Source of the DNA: Octopus sinensis
Lineage: Eukaryota
Assembly: GCF_006345805.1 (NCBI RefSeq)
Contig: NC_043007.1
Span: forward strand, 72,602,001-72,666,000
Direction: 5' to 3'
Length of the DNA stretch: 64,000 bases
A model generated the notes under the pieces. It did no database searches. It was not told the origin of the DNA and was given only the letters and a program-made list of their open reading frames with translations. The position numbers were made by a program, and so were the translations under genes. Each line of letters opens with the position of its first letter. Position 1 is the first letter of the stretch. Below are positions 24,039 through 38,329 of the stretch, piece by piece.

Positions 24039-24461
24039 CTTTTACTTGTTTCGGTCATCAGACTGTGCCCATGTTGGGACACCAGCTTGAAGAATTTTAG
24101 TTGAACAAAACAACCCCAGTACTTAACTATTTTTTAAAGCCTGTTACTTATTCCATAGGTCACTTTTGCCAAACCTCTAAGTTATAGGAACATAAACACA
24201 CCAATATTGGTTTTTCAATTGGTGGTGGAGGACAAACATAGACACAAAGATACACACACACACACACACACATACATATATTCATACATATGTATGTATA
24301 TACAACAGGCTTCTTTCAGTTTACGTTTACCAAATCCCTTACCAGACATTGGTTGTCCCAGGGCTATAATAGAAAACACTTGCCCAAGTACTACACACTG
24401 GGACTGAACCAAGAACTATGTGGTTTGGAAGCAAACTTCTTACCACACAGCCACACCTGCA
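24039..24461 (-). mobile_element. SINE family A copy, antisense in MAP4K intron
   Basis: Reverse-complement tail tcttttacttgtttcggtc at 24039 and head ...cttaccacacagcc near 24450. Confidence 0.85.
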
Positions 24462-24575
24462 CTTGTGTTGTAAATATTTTTAAACCATTGTTTTCCATCC
24501 TGTTATACATTTTTAGTGTTGAATTCTTCAAATGTTATTAATTTCTGATTTCTTTAAATATATTTCCTTTTATAG

Positions 24576-24646
24576 TTTGTTTGCAGGATAGTGTTCTTGC
24601 ATTTCACAAACATGGCATGCAAGGTAGGAGTTTCAAGGCTAATGAG
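24576..24646 (+). CDS. MAP4K3: CNH exon (I)[23 protein letters not shown]
   Basis: tttatag/GTATGT sites; [19 protein letters not shown] is the MAP4K3/5 signature. Confidence 0.98.
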
Positions 24647-25319
24647 GTATGTAAATACTTTGTTTTTTAATTATTTCTCTAGGATAAGTAGTGATTCATT
24701 ATTACTTAGGATTAACAACTTTCTCTGTAATTAATAATTGCCACCTTACTTAATTTGTGTACTGAAGAAAATGCACATTTCCTGTTATAATTGTTGTCTG
24801 ATTGATCAATGTTTATTCCCAGTAGACTGGTACATTGGATACATGCTGTAAGAGAGAAGCTGGAATGACATTCCAAAGGCTAGACTTATTCTTTAGGGAC
24901 AGAAAATAAATCAACTCAATACAGTTGCTTAGCATCTGTAAGGCACATTTTTCAACCCACATCAGAGTATTGCTAACACCTCTAGGACTGAGCAGTCACT
25001 ATACATGCAAATATTTTGGATCACATCTAAAACATGACATTTAATTAATTTCTCAAATCTTTGTCCCTCTCACACTACAACCACTACATCACTGATCTCA
25101 TATGACTCTCTTATCTGATTCTTCTACCATTGTTCTTGTGTCTCTGAACAGAAAAAGTTGATCAACTCTAACAAAATTTACACAATACACTTGCTTCTCT
25201 TTCTTCTACCATCCAACAGCATATCTAATGTGGTTTCTAGAAAAACTCAAAAGTTACTCAGTTGTAAAAACAAATGTTATTGAAAGAGATGCATTTACTT
25301 AAGCAGGAATTTAATTTTT

Positions 25320-26900
25320 ATCATTCCCATCATCTTTTGTATCTGCCTTTCCATCCTTGCATGAGTTGGACAGATTTGCACTGCAGTACCTCAACTTTTG
25401 TCGCAGTTCATTATCATTTTGTAACATTTAACCTCTTGACCATTTATCTTGTCTTCCTCATTTTCTCTTTCACATCTTCTAACTTTACTTACCACTTCTT
25501 TACCCAGCTGTCCTCTTCCATATGGACTGCCCGGCCATACCACTATAGTCTTCTCTCTTGCACACTACATCCATTTTCTCTATTCCCAGTCTAATTTCTT
25601 TTCTGCTATGCATGCATACCAAAATTACACACTTTCAGTGAAGCTGTACCACACAATACTTTGTGTGTCCTGCTTCACCAAATATTTTAAATATCTCAGT
25701 TCCTTTTTCCAATGGTTTCTTGCCCTCCTATCATTAATCACACTTTTAAATATCAATCTTTCTGTTGGGCCTATTTAGAATAGGCTCATATTGTCTTTTC
25801 CTTGTATTCTCCTCATTCAGCAAGTTCCTCCCTGGTAACATTTCCATACCTATTTCTTCTCTGCATCAGTGATGCCAAATGCCGCTATCATTCCACACAC
25901 ATTTTTCTTCAGTGACATTTTGATCTGTATTGACACATTTCTTGATATCTGAAACACTTCATTCTTCTGATCCTCTCATTTCATAAATTTGGCAAACCTG
26001 TTATTTTTATTTTTAGCACCTCTCTCTCTCTCTCACCTTGCAACATAAACTTGACATCTAACTTCCTCTCTGACTACCTGATATTGGTCTTTGGCAGCTC
26101 TTTTCTTCCATCTTTCCCCAGGACTGTCTTTTAGCTTTCAAGGTTCTTTCTACTGTACCATTCCATCATATTGTTACCATTGACCTGGTTCAAACCTAGC
26201 ACCATCTACAAACCTGGTCTTGTAGATTATCTTGTACAAACTCACATTTGTCACCTATATTATAACATTCTATATCTTCCTTTCTCTCATCATTTGCATC
26301 AACTTTGTTCCATGCAATGTTAGCACTTTCTGCAGTATGTCTTCACACCCTGAACTCACCTTCTAACTAGGCCAAAGCATCTTTCAGTTTCCATACTTTC
26401 CTTCTCTAGAATGTCTTGTCTTTGAGTTAGTCTAGCTCTATACTGGAACCTAATGTTCCAATCTTTGCTGAGTGGTACATTTGTCGGTGGGGGACAGTGT
26501 CCACTTGGTTATTTCATGTCTTGATGGGTGCAAAAAACTATCTGGCAGGCATATGGTAGACAAGTTATCAAGTAGCTGAATGATTTCTTGAAATTAATAT
26601 TATAAATATATAGATCATTTTCATTATGGAACTCTAAAAGTCTTAATCCCTCCTTATTCTTTGAGCCATATCTACAACTTCCATCTGTGCTACTCCAACC
26701 ATCCATAGTGGCATAGAGGTGTCCAATATGTTCATTAAAGTCACCATCCATTAGTATGAGGTAACTGTCAGTCATTACCATGATAGCCTGCGGAAAGACT
26801 GCATGAAAAAGTTTCTTTTGCTCTTCTGTCAGTCCTAGTAGTGCTACATTTAAGATGACTTGCTGTTGTGGTGGTCACGACTAGTCTAAGTTGATTCATT
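25320..26900 (-). mobile_element. Degraded RTE LINE (APE endonuclease remnant to 3' tail)
   Basis: ORF 26509-26781 GDFNEHIG...YGSKNKEGLRLLEF...NINFKK is an RTE APE motif; RT-end and tail remnants at 25320-25700. Confidence 0.7.
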
Positions 26901-27673
26901 CTGTCATATACTCTGATAATTTCAATTACTGTATCCATTCTTCTGCTATTATATCGTTACTACTCAATCAATTTCCATTGCTGTTACCTGCCTATGATAA
27001 TCTGTTTTAAGAATGTCTAAGAAACAGATAAAATATTAATGTTTTCTAAATCTTCAAAAAATACATCATCATCATCATCATCATCTGTCCATTTTCCATA
27101 TTGATATGGGTTGGATAGTTTGACAGGAGCTGGTAAGCCAGAGAGCTGCACCAGTCTCTTTCCTAACGCCAACCACTTTACAGAGTATACTGGGTGCTTT
27201 GTATGTATCACCAACACATATGCTTTTTGTGTTGCACCAGCACAGGTGCTATTTACAAGGCACCAGCACTAGTTGGTTCGCCAAGTAGCTTGCAAGACAG
27301 AGACCTCTCAGCTGAGAGGGAACCAAGGAAAGTGGTTGTGTACCAGGTTAGAGTATAGTAGAGGGACAGTCAGAGTGAGAGAGAAATAAATTGTGTTGAA
27401 GATGTATTGAGGCTTACCTACAGGGAACATTGGGTGGTTGTATATATAGTACAGAGTGGATGTTTAGAGATGGGGGAAGACAGGACTGTAACAAGTAATA
27501 GTGAGAGAAATTGGAGTTGACGGGAGAGGAGTTCCTTAAAGAAGCAGTAAAATATTAAACAAACAGAAAATCTAATAAATTTATAAATTTCATGCATAGA
27601 GTAGTATTATCATTTTACTTAAGAATTAGTATATCCATTATTACTTTGAAATATATGCTGTTCTGTTTTTCAG

Positions 27674-27729
27674 GTAACTCAAGAGATATGTGACAAAACC
27701 AGAATATTTAAATTGCTGGGTTCTGATAG
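27674..27729 (+). CDS. MAP4K3: CNH exon VTQEICDKTRIFKLLGSD(R)
   Basis: tttcag/GTAAGT sites; homologous to VTQEISDSTRIFRLLGSD. Confidence 0.97.
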
Positions 27730-27869
27730 GTAAGTTAATTGCTCTTTTCCTAAAAAATTGTTCATTTCATATCTTAGATGTTGTAACGTTAAGAGAACAT
27801 TTTTAAGAAAATATTATAATCAAAACGCTGTTATTGGTTTTTAATTGTTTTCTTTGTTTTTCTTTGTAG

Positions 27870-27957
27870 AGTAATTATATTAGAAAGTCGACCAACTGAC
27901 CAGCCTGACTCAGTGTCCAATCTTTATGTGCTGGCTGGCCATGAAAACACCTATTAG
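27870..27957 (+). CDS. MAP4K3: Terminal coding exon VIILESRPTDQPDSVSNLYVLAGHENTY*
   Basis: tttgtag acceptor and TAG stop; matches the MAP4K3 C-terminus ...SNLYILAGHENSY. Confidence 0.98.
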
Positions 27958-30900
27958 AGGCTATTGCTACTAATCTACTATCTCCTGTATCTACCCCACT
28001 ACTCACACCACTGCCTACCTGCCATTGAGTAATGTTGAAGAAAAGAGAAATTAATTTGGTCATTTTCATTATTTTAATCTGAAAAAAAAATAAAGGATTA
28101 TTTCCAATATTCACTTAATCTTTCAAGTGCAACTATTTCTGCAATGAGAGTGTTGCAACGGTAGCTTGTAGTACTACTATATTAGTAATACTTCAACCTT
28201 CCTCTGGTTAAACTAGTTGTCTGATAAACACCCAGATTGTCCAACTGTATTGTCATTATTACACCACCATTGTGGCATGCTTTATTTCCAGCTTTCTGTT
28301 ATCCATGTTAGTCAGTTGAGGCTGTGTGCTAATAATGGAGTGTCTTTGACCAAGTTATCAACTTTACCCATGGACACATTTCACTGTGATGAAAAATTTT
28401 TAAGATTTTGGCAATAATAACTTTACAGTAATTTTGAGAATACAGAGGGACTCGGTCAGATAGTTACGATTTCAGAAATTCTAAAACAGATTTGATGGAT
28501 AGTTTAAAGTTTAACTAGTAACGATCCAATTCTTTGTTTATTTATTTACTTTGTTTTGTTTTTATTAATTATTAATTAACTTTAGGAGTGTTTCATTCTC
28601 CAAATTTCTTAGGTGCATGTTTGGAGAAAGAAGAAAAAAAATATTGTATATTTGCCCTTAAATAAATTTTCCTTCCAATTTTCTTTTCCTCCCCAAATTA
28701 TATTTTTCATGTCAAGGTTCTGGAAAAAAATGTGCCTTGAGATTTACCAGTGCTTACCTATTGTCTTTTGTTAATTTTATAATTCCTAGATGTAATTTTA
28801 ATGAGAATTTATATAAATTTCTCCACCATATAAGTTAATATTTTTTCTAACCTCTAATCCTATTGTTTGTTCCCCCTGATGTATGCAATTATCAAATTAC
28901 TTTTAAATCCTCATTCTTATGTGGGTTGTTTCTTTCAACTAGTTTCCTAGATTAGCATTTATTTATTTATTTATTTATTTTTGTTGAAAACTACAATTGC
29001 AAAATCAACCCAACTTTAAAGTTTAAGTATAAAGATATAAATCTATATCACAGTTACACAATATATGAAATTATAACATTACTCTAGAGATAATTAGAGC
29101 CACTATTTTTATAAGTTGAAATTGTAAAAATATTGTTATTTAGTCTATTTATCATGTTTGGCATGGTAAAGTCTATTTTCTTGCCATTTGGTATTCTGTT
29201 TTCTGAAAGCATTATATTTTTGTTAATATGGCTTCCAAAATAGTTGATAAACCCATATTTGGACGTTCGTTTAGACTGCCTAATTACAATTAAATATTGA
29301 GTTAATTATTAAGAGTTTCACAATGAAATAGCTTACTTCTTAAAAAAATTCAACTTCAGCTAAGATGTCCCCATTAATGAACTGTATATTGATTGAAATA
29401 GTTAACTTTTGAAATATTGGAGTATTTGGTTTACTTTTATGCCATTAGAGCTTTTTAGCTGATGAGTCCAGTTTAAAGAATACAAATCAACATTATCAGG
29501 AAAGCAGTTTTAAACTATGTGGAATCGTTTACTTGAAAAGTAATGCTTTGTTTTAGCAGCAAATATTTATCTCTGTAATGTGAGACAGACAATGTTGCTG
29601 CAATCCCATCTGTTTATATCCTCCTCTTTACATATATACTTTACAAATCAGACATCTCTTTATATACCGTTGACATCTCTGACAGCCAAATTAAAGAGAG
29701 TGGAATGAGATATTTAAAAGTAAGACATTTCATCATTTATCATACATATATGCATATAAACATAAACTTAAATGTCTAAATACTATACAAATTGATTGCA
29801 AAACTCTCAAAACAGACTGCTTGCGTTTCTTTATCTGTTTGTTTGTTTGTTTTTTTAAATTTAAATTATTACTCTCTTTATTTTCGATACTCATTGCAGC
29901 AAAAGAAAAATTATGTTGGCTAAGATACAAAATGCCTTGGATTTAGATATGTTGTTATTAAATATAGTGCCAAGTTCTTAAAGAATTTTAATCTTGTAAG
30001 ATTACAGAATTTGTTGATTTCATATAGATGTTTATGGTAAAGTTGTTTAGTTGAAAACTGACTTTACTTTTTGGTTGATCAGCAAAATAAGAGGAATTTT
30101 GGTCTGAAATTTCAAAACCACAAATCATTAATGCATTCATTTACTACCACACCACCACCACCACCCACTACACCTGGTACGTTAAAAGTAACAGTAATTA
30201 GTAGGGGGACATCAATTTTATTTTGAAACTATTTTGTTAAAATATTTTCAGAACTGTTTTTAAAAATGCCATCCATTTACCTTTTTATTAAATTATCCTT
30301 TTTGACATGTTTTTCTTTAAAAATATAAACAACCCAATTAAGTTAAACAATATTTAGTTTTGAAGTTAAAAAAAAATCAATCGTTCTGAAGTTAAATATG
30401 TCAATCGAATAGTTTTCATAAAATGCTCTGCTATTTTTCGTTTCTGACACAAAACTATCGAAAGCCTTTTTCTTTTTTAAGACTGTATCTTTGTGTTGAA
30501 GGGTTTCTTTTTTTTTTTTTTTAATGAAAAGGCAATCCTAATAATTTAGATATTGTAAAATATCAGTTAAATAAGTTTCTTTTAATTATATTTCCCTAAT
30601 TTTATGAAAGCATTTTTCTTTACCCTTTAGAATAGAGAAGCATGAATCTTTTATAGATACCAAATTACACAGAAATTTTCAATTTTCAAAGGTTTCTTTT
30701 CTGCAGATTTCTTCGATGGTTCTCACCTACTGCTGTCATAGTTACTAAAATCTTCTGATGAAAATTTTCACTGTTAAGGTTTTAAAAGACAATCAATAAT
30801 CAGTATTTAGTTAAATTCGTTTCTTGAAGACAGTCCTAAGATAGTTTCTTGGGATAGTCCACATGTTTTTCTAAAATATATTTAAGTGTTCCTGGGACAT

Positions 30901-32350
30901 TTCGTTTCTGGTAATCCCAAGCTCATCATATGTGATAAATAAGGCTCTTTAACATACAGCTTTGTCAGTCATCTGCCAAATGCTTCGGGCCTCATAATGA
31001 ACACCAAATTTTTTTTTTTTTTCTTTTTGTTCTGAAACCATTCAATATTACTTTTATACATACATTATACATATATATGGCACCAAACTTTGGCATTGAG
31101 AGCTATACTAACCCCAAAATTGGACATCACTGCACTGTTCCAAAGGTCCCACCCATCCCATCTAGTGTGAAAACCATGTACTGCAATAGCTTGGGATTCA
31201 TAGGCCCACAGCTATTTAATATCTTGCCAAAACATTTTAGAGACCAATGTGGAGTAGGGATAGATGTTTTCAAGAAACATCTTTTGCTGTCCAAGGTCCC
31301 AGATGAACCTACATCATGGCAAGAAACCCAAAAGAGGGCAGCGTTATCAAACCCCCTTCTTTATCAAAAGCCAGTTACAGAAGAAAGGCCATTGAAAGGT
31401 GATAACACTGGCAGTGCTCTAGTATGCCACAGCCTTTGGGGTGAAATGTATAAAAGAATATATATGTATATATGAAATGTTCTACATCATATTGGTATTG
31501 CTTGGGTTAATTTTGTTAAGGTTATAGTATTCTCTTGAGATCTTCTTAAAATCCTTCTCCATCAGTATTTTAATCTTTATCTGAAGTAAATCGCTTCTGG
31601 TTGTTAGAATTCAGAAGACTTGTGTAGTTGGATGCTTGAAAATTTTCCCTCTTTCACAGGCAGTGTAATAAAATCATGCTTCAATGGAAGTTATTTGCAG
31701 AAGTATTGTGTCTAAATATGCTAAAGTTACTTTGGAAGCTTTTTATTTTTGTTCACGCTGTTGTATATTATTTTGAATGACAGTTGTGTTTTTAAATCTC
31801 AAAAATAATACAGTAAAAGACACACACACAAGATGGGGAATAAGATCAGTCATATTATTTCCTGGTAGGAATAACTCGCTTGTTTCCTTCTGAGAAATGA
31901 CAACTAAGTCCTCCATCTCTCTTCTTATGAATCCTACTCTTTATGAGAGATGTAGTGAAAAGTGCTTGTTTCCAGAAATGATTGATAACTCTAGTTCTTT
32001 ATTTATAACAGTTCTAAAACTTCTCCTATGGAACAATTTAACTGTTGACATCAACCATTTGTAACTCAACCAAAACAGCTCTTCGGCTTTTGTTTTTGTT
32101 TTTTCCTCACTTACCATAAGTATTTTTTTTAACTTCCTAGTCATCTTTCACATTCCTAAAAAAAAAAACAAAAAAAAAGTCCTGTCTGTTAATCAAAAAT
32201 TTGTTGAAAATCTAAAAAAATATTAAATCTAGCTGACCTGCTACTTGGCTTGTTTGTATTTATTTCTAACATTAAAGTACTTTACTCTCGTTTCTTCCAC
32301 TCTCCACCTACTCTGCAACTACCATCATCTCAGTAAGCTACCATTTATCC

Positions 32351-32389
<39 letters not shown>

Positions 32390-32530
32390 GATTATTAATA
32401 TTATTATTATTATCATCATCATCATCATTCATCATCACCATTATTATTATCGATTTTTTTACTATTGTAAAACCCTTTTTTTTTTTAAATGCATTCTGTA
32501 AAAACCTGTTTTAATAAAGAAGAGAAGAAA
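27958..32530 (+). other. Probable long 3'UTR of the MAP4K gene
   Basis: Follows the stop; AT-rich and free of the SINE/RTE-tail copies that fill the introns; AATAAA at 31667 and at 32513, the latter followed by a U-rich tract; true end unknown. Confidence 0.5.
31077..31440 (+). mobile_element. CR1/L2-superfamily LINE 3' end
   Basis: SVKTMYCNSLGFIGPQLFNILPKHFRD...VFKKHL..KVPDEP..RAALSNPLLYQ resembles the CR1/L2 ORF2 C-terminus. Confidence 0.8.
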
Positions 32531-34049
32531 AGAGTTTTTTTTTTTTTATAGTTTCCATTTTCCTGCCAGATTTAGAATGTTTTCTTGTTGCAGCAATTAT
32601 TGCCAATCATCAGAAGAAACAATGTAATTATATTTTGAACTGAATTGGTTTCCTTCAGTCTGATACATCTCCCTCTACAATTCCTTCAGCTATAATTATT
32701 TTGCAATTTTATGTAATATTTTTCTCTTAAGTTTATCAACACATAGCATTATGCAACAGTTAAATGATACAAATATGCAATGGGAAGTTTTATCTAATTA
32801 TTTTATATGGTAATAGAATGTAAATTTATCTAATTTTAGGAATAACAAAGTACAACTTGGAATTCAATTGGTTTTCATTCTGTATATGAAACTCATTCTC
32901 TTTCACTTATTCTTAGGTCTCTTGAACAAAACTGCCTCTGAAACAAATTAAATTAACTAATGATATTTCTCTAAAGAACTAGAATAACTTTTTAAGTTTT
33001 ATGGCCAAACTCAAATTCACACAAGGTTTTAGCATTTTTTTCTTACATATATATGTATATATATATTTATATACTGTGTATCTCTCTCTCTCTCTCAACA
33101 ATTGTTAATCTTACATTCAGTATTAATGGCATTTATCTCACTTATCCTTTATTTCAATGTTCACAACTTTCAGCAAGGTCCCTCTATTCCCGTTACTTAT
33201 GCTGCTGCTACAAAATCCAAATCTTTTAACACTCTGCTGCAACAGTTAATGCCATCACTTACTTGTATCCATGATCAATAAAGACACTCTTAACTCTCCT
33301 CATCTCTTTCTCACTTCCAAACTCAGCTTTTCCCAAACTGTGACTGTCTTTGCACTAATCAGATTATCCAACACACTACCTAATCAAGAAACCACTGTAC
33401 ACATCCTAATACTGCACAACATCCAACCTATGACACTTCAAATCAGCTGGAGTTCTGCCAATTATCTCTGACTACAAATGTACTTCACCTTTCTTCCATC
33501 TGAGATAGCTAAGCAGATGACCCCAGACTATTCTCTTTGGCAGGTCTCCCCATTTCCCTCACACAACTAAAGTCCCTGACTCCAGTGTAGTTCCCTTGCA
33601 GAGCAGGCCAAGCACATAACTTACAATACTTAGTATGTGAAAAGCGATACCTACTAACTGGGTGGCTTTTACATGCCACTACAACTTTTGCATGATATGT
33701 TATGAAAAATAGCAAAAGATATCTTTGTATCACTCAACCTGCAAGTTCATTCACCCCCAAAATTTTCAGGACCCTTACTGACACACACTTTATCAGTTCT
33801 GATGTGCTCCAAGGCCATCCACATATAACCTCAAAACCTGACATCAAATATCTGCAATCTTCAGCCGCTGAAACTCTCAAAAACATCTTCTCTAATTGGG
33901 GACAACATGTAATTTAAACCCTCAAAGTCTTGACAAATTGTAAGTCCCCAGTATCTGATGGTCTTCCATGGTAACTCAACATACTTAGCATAGCTAAAAC
34001 TGCTCTGCCAAGACTGCTCTTACTTATCAGAACCAGAATATTTGGTTCA

Positions 34050-34300
34050 GAAATCACCCTGAAGTGGGCAAGTGTGTTCTACTATAGTCCTGGGCCGACC
34101 AGAGCCATGTGGGTGGATTTCATAGACGGAAACTGAAAGAAGTCCAACATATAGATATTTCTTTGTACGTGTGTGCATGTCATTATGTTTGTGTTTTAGG
34201 CTGCACAACTGTTTGACAATTGATGTTTTGTTTATGAATCCATAATTTAGTGGTTCTATGAAGTTCAAATAATGCCAATAACAAAATACTGCTTCCAAAT
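34050..34300 (+). mobile_element. SINE family A partial copy
   Basis: gggcaagtgtgttctactatag...gacggaaactgaaagaag. Confidence 0.7.
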
Positions 34301-34330
34301 CTAGGCCAGTGCTACTATTGCTATGTATAC

Positions 34331-34362
<32 letters not shown>

Positions 34363-36419
34363 CTTTTACTACATCCAGCTGGTTGGCCAAAACTCACTAA
34401 CACTCAACACTTCAACCCAGGTCTACTTGATATCCCTGTCTCTGTTCCCTGTATCATTTCTACTGTCTCACCTCACAGCTATTAAACACCAACCACTTAG
34501 GCCCAATCTTTCTTTAAATAGTGTGTCAACACTAGAATTGCTTCCTGCAGTCTAGCATCAGTCTTAGTAATTTCACATCTGAAAGATCCTGCTTAGGTCA
34601 GGTCAGGGCACTTGCTCTTCTGACCAAGCTATAAAAAAGCCCAATATTATTGTCAGACTTCTGTAACTGAGCTTCAATACCCACTGTAAGCTTTAAAACA
34701 AAAAACTCTCTCAGTGACCCACCCTTCAGCCGTCCATTATATAAATAGATATACCTATTGATATCAAGTTGATATCTATACTGCGTGGGTCATGTAAAAT
34801 ATACATTATGTAAACTATAAGCTGGTAAAATTCATTCTTTTTTGGAGAATGAATTTTGCTGATTTTAGGGCCCTATATTAGGGATTCCTTTGAATGTTTA
34901 TTACTTCTTATTCTAAATTACTGAGTTGCATTTTATTGGAATGAATTCAGACATGGAGTTGACTTTTTCGTGAAGTCTAGTATGAAAAGAAGCAATTTTT
35001 TTATACAAATCTAATTGAAAAATGTGTTGCACTTAATGTTTATGATATTTTCCTGCTTTAAGTAATATTTTGTTATCAATCCTGTATTGATAATCATTAA
35101 TTTAACATATATTTAGATTAGATTGGTCAGCATCATAATTTCTTTACTCACTTTTATCAACACCTATTATCTTGGTATCACATCATCTGTATATTAACAA
35201 ACATCCACCGACAAACATATTAGTTACTGGAAATATCTGTAATCATCATGGCTAAAAACTGTGCAAGTTGCATTATTAGTTATGTTTCTGTGATAGTTTT
35301 CTGCTTTGAATTTTCATCAGTATATTCCTAACATTTAAAAAAAAATTTATACCTAGTTTTATTTCTCAAATAAACTTAAGTCTTGTTTCCTATTTTTTCA
35401 CCAGTCATTGAATTTTGGCATTTTGTTTTATTTTTAATAAATTTCAAAGGCTTATAATTGACTATGATTTGGTTTTTGTGATAAATTTATAAATTCTGAC
35501 AACCTCTATATCATGGAATTCATTTTTTTTTTTTTTTTCCTTTGCAAATGAACAACTTTCTAAGACCAGCAGTAAACTTACCAGTCATTATTAAAATCTC
35601 GTTTGTTTGATTATTTAACTAAAAAAAAAAAAAAAAAAAAATTAAACTATAGACTGTTTCGTCATTAATTCTATCTATTTCAACACACCAACTTTTGATT
35701 TTTGCATTATATGTGGTTATTACATCTCTGCTGGTATTATAATACATTATCATCAATCAGTGATGATAAGGACCAGGTAGATCTATTGGCTTATACAAAT
35801 AAATTTCTTGATCTTCCATTATAAACCCATTCACATCTAGGATGTTTTATAGGAATTTAATAATCTGGAAGACCAAACTAGATTTAAACAAAGCAGAAAA
35901 TAAGATTCATCCAATATGTTTAGGACATCAAGGAATAAGTGTCTTGAAAATATATTTCCTTAATCTCTGCATCATAAAATACTGTGTCGAACAAGGGACT
36001 GCTGTTGAATCACAAGGGACATTATCAATGTCAAAGATCTTGAAAATAAACAGAATGAATAGTTTTAAAATTTGAAAGATGTAACTTTTGTTTATTATTT
36101 GAAATTGTTCGGAGGGTTTTTTATTCTCCACATTTTTCTTTATTACAGTTCTTTGATTGGTTTGGACTATTGTGAGTTGTGATATTGTGCGCAATCACAT
36201 GAATATTTCTCAGAGAATTAATAGAAGAAAAAAAAAGGGTAAAATAATAGAAAACTTGAACGCCTCAAATTCATGGAAGATATTACCTTTAAAAGCATCA
36301 ATTAAAAAAATACATGTCTATACACAAAATCAATGTTGAAATATGAATGCAACTGTAATTCCTCTGGCAAAACAATAATTATAATTCCTACAATCATTCT
36401 AGCTGATATTAAATATACA

Positions 36420-36780
36420 AGCATAGCTTTGTAGTAAGAAGTTTGCTTCTCAACCACAATTCTGGGTTGAGTCCCACCGTGTGGCATCTTGCTTGCGCAA
36501 GTGTCTTCTATAGCTTCATGCTGACCAAAGTCTTGAGAATGGATTTGGTAGATAGAAACTGGAAGAAAACCATCATATATATGTATGTGTGTGTGTGTGT
36601 TTGTCCCCCATGACTGCTTGACAACTGGTGTCAGTATGATTATATCCCTATAACTTGCTAGTTGGGCAAAAGTTATCAATAGATTAAGTACTAGGGTTGA
36701 TGCGTTCATCTATAATTCTTTAAAGCAGTACTCTAGCATGGCTGCAGTCTAATGACTGAATCAAGTAAAATATAAAAGAT
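36420..36780 (+). mobile_element. SINE family A copy
   Basis: Head, body and tail ...atgactgaatcaagtaaaa. Confidence 0.8.
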
Positions 36781-37084
36781 ACATGATAAAAGACCAGAAG
36801 TTGCATGGATTACATGTGCTGGTAATTATTTACAAAAAAATGCCATGTAAACTGTGTCTAGCAGGAAATGGATTATAATGCACTTGGAGAATTTACTACA
36901 TAATACCTACTACGGTTCTTTTAATATGCGTAGAAACATTTGCTGGTTCCTTCTGTTTGCTACACAAATGTATCTAATTTTTAAAATTTTGAAGCAACTC
37001 TGTAAAGCTGAAATCAACATTTGTAGTGAATAAAACCTTTGTTTACTTCAAAATACAATTTCATTCAACACCTTTTATTTATTT

Positions 37085-37425
37085 GAGTCGTTAGACTGGC
37101 CATGCTGGGGTACTGCCTCAAGGAATATTTAGTCAAACAAATCAACCCCAATGCTATTTTTTTTAAAGCCTAGTACTTATTATATCAGTCTCTTTTTGCC
37201 AAGCCACTAAGTTACAGGGATGTGCACAGACCGGCACCAGTTGTCAAATGCTGATGATGAACAAACACAAATATAATGGGTTTTTTCAGTTTCCATCTCC
37301 CAAATCCACTTCCAAGTCTTTGGTCAACCTGTGGCTATAGAAGACACTTGCTCAAGGCGCCATGCATTGGGACTGAACCTGAAACAATGTGGTTTTGGGA
37401 AGCAAACTTCTAAACACACAGCCAC
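37085..37425 (-). mobile_element. SINE family A copy
   Basis: Reverse-complement of family tail and head. Confidence 0.75.
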
Positions 37426-38329
37426 CCTTTAAAAAAAATAATTACTACTCTGACATTTACATTCTATATTTAATTTAAAATTTCTCAATTGTCTCTCCAG
37501 GAGTCTTTTTTTTTTATTCTAGATTAGTTAATTAAAAAATGGCTATTCTCATCCCTAAGGGTGTCATTTTACTCAAAGTTTCTCAGTTTACAATATGTTA
37601 AGGTAACTTGAGTCGCTGAGTATTTTCCTCATGCTGGTGGTATGTGTAAAAGGATTTGAGCGAGGTCGTTGCCAGTACCGCCTGACTGGCCCCCGTGCTG
37701 GTGGCATGTAAAAAGCACCCACTATCGGAGTGGTTGGCGTTAGGAAGGGCATCCAGCAGTAGAAACTCTGCCAAATCAAGTTTGGAGTTTGGTGCAACCA
37801 TCTGGTTTGCCAGCCCTCAGTCAAAATCGTCCAACCCATGCTAGCATGGAAAGCGGACGTTAAATGATGATTATCAGAAAAGTAATGAAATTGTAAAGGA
37901 TTTTGACTATACATCCAGAACATGTTGCTTGACTTGAAATTTTCAGTTGCAGCTAAATAATGTTTAAAGTCTTCCATAATTTCAAAGAATATTAAAGCAC
38001 CCATTACACTCTTGGAGTGGTTGGCATTAGGAAGGGCATCCAGCCATAGAAAACTATGCCAAGTCAGACTGGAGTCTGGTGCAGCTTTCCAGTGTGCCAG
38101 CATGGACAACAGATGTTAAATGATGATAATGATGATGATTAATGAGATATTTCTGGTGGCATCATTAAAGAATTTTATTAACATTTGTTAACCAGAGAAT
38201 TTTTAGTATTATGTTGCATTAATCATTGTTTTTAGAAAAGATGCTTTGCTTGTTGAACTAATTATTCAGTTATAGAATAAGAATTATAAAAAATAGCACG
38301 CTCCTATCTGCACTCTTATACACAAGTGA

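Noticed and set aside
33270-34000. Possible degraded LINE on the minus strand
   Set aside because: Composition suggests decayed coding sequence, but no diagnostic motif could be read
36149-36171. Plus-strand 23-nt microexon-like segment (ttacag...GTGAGT, FFDWFGL)
   Set aside because: No partner exons or homology; such sites arise by chance in AT-rich DNA
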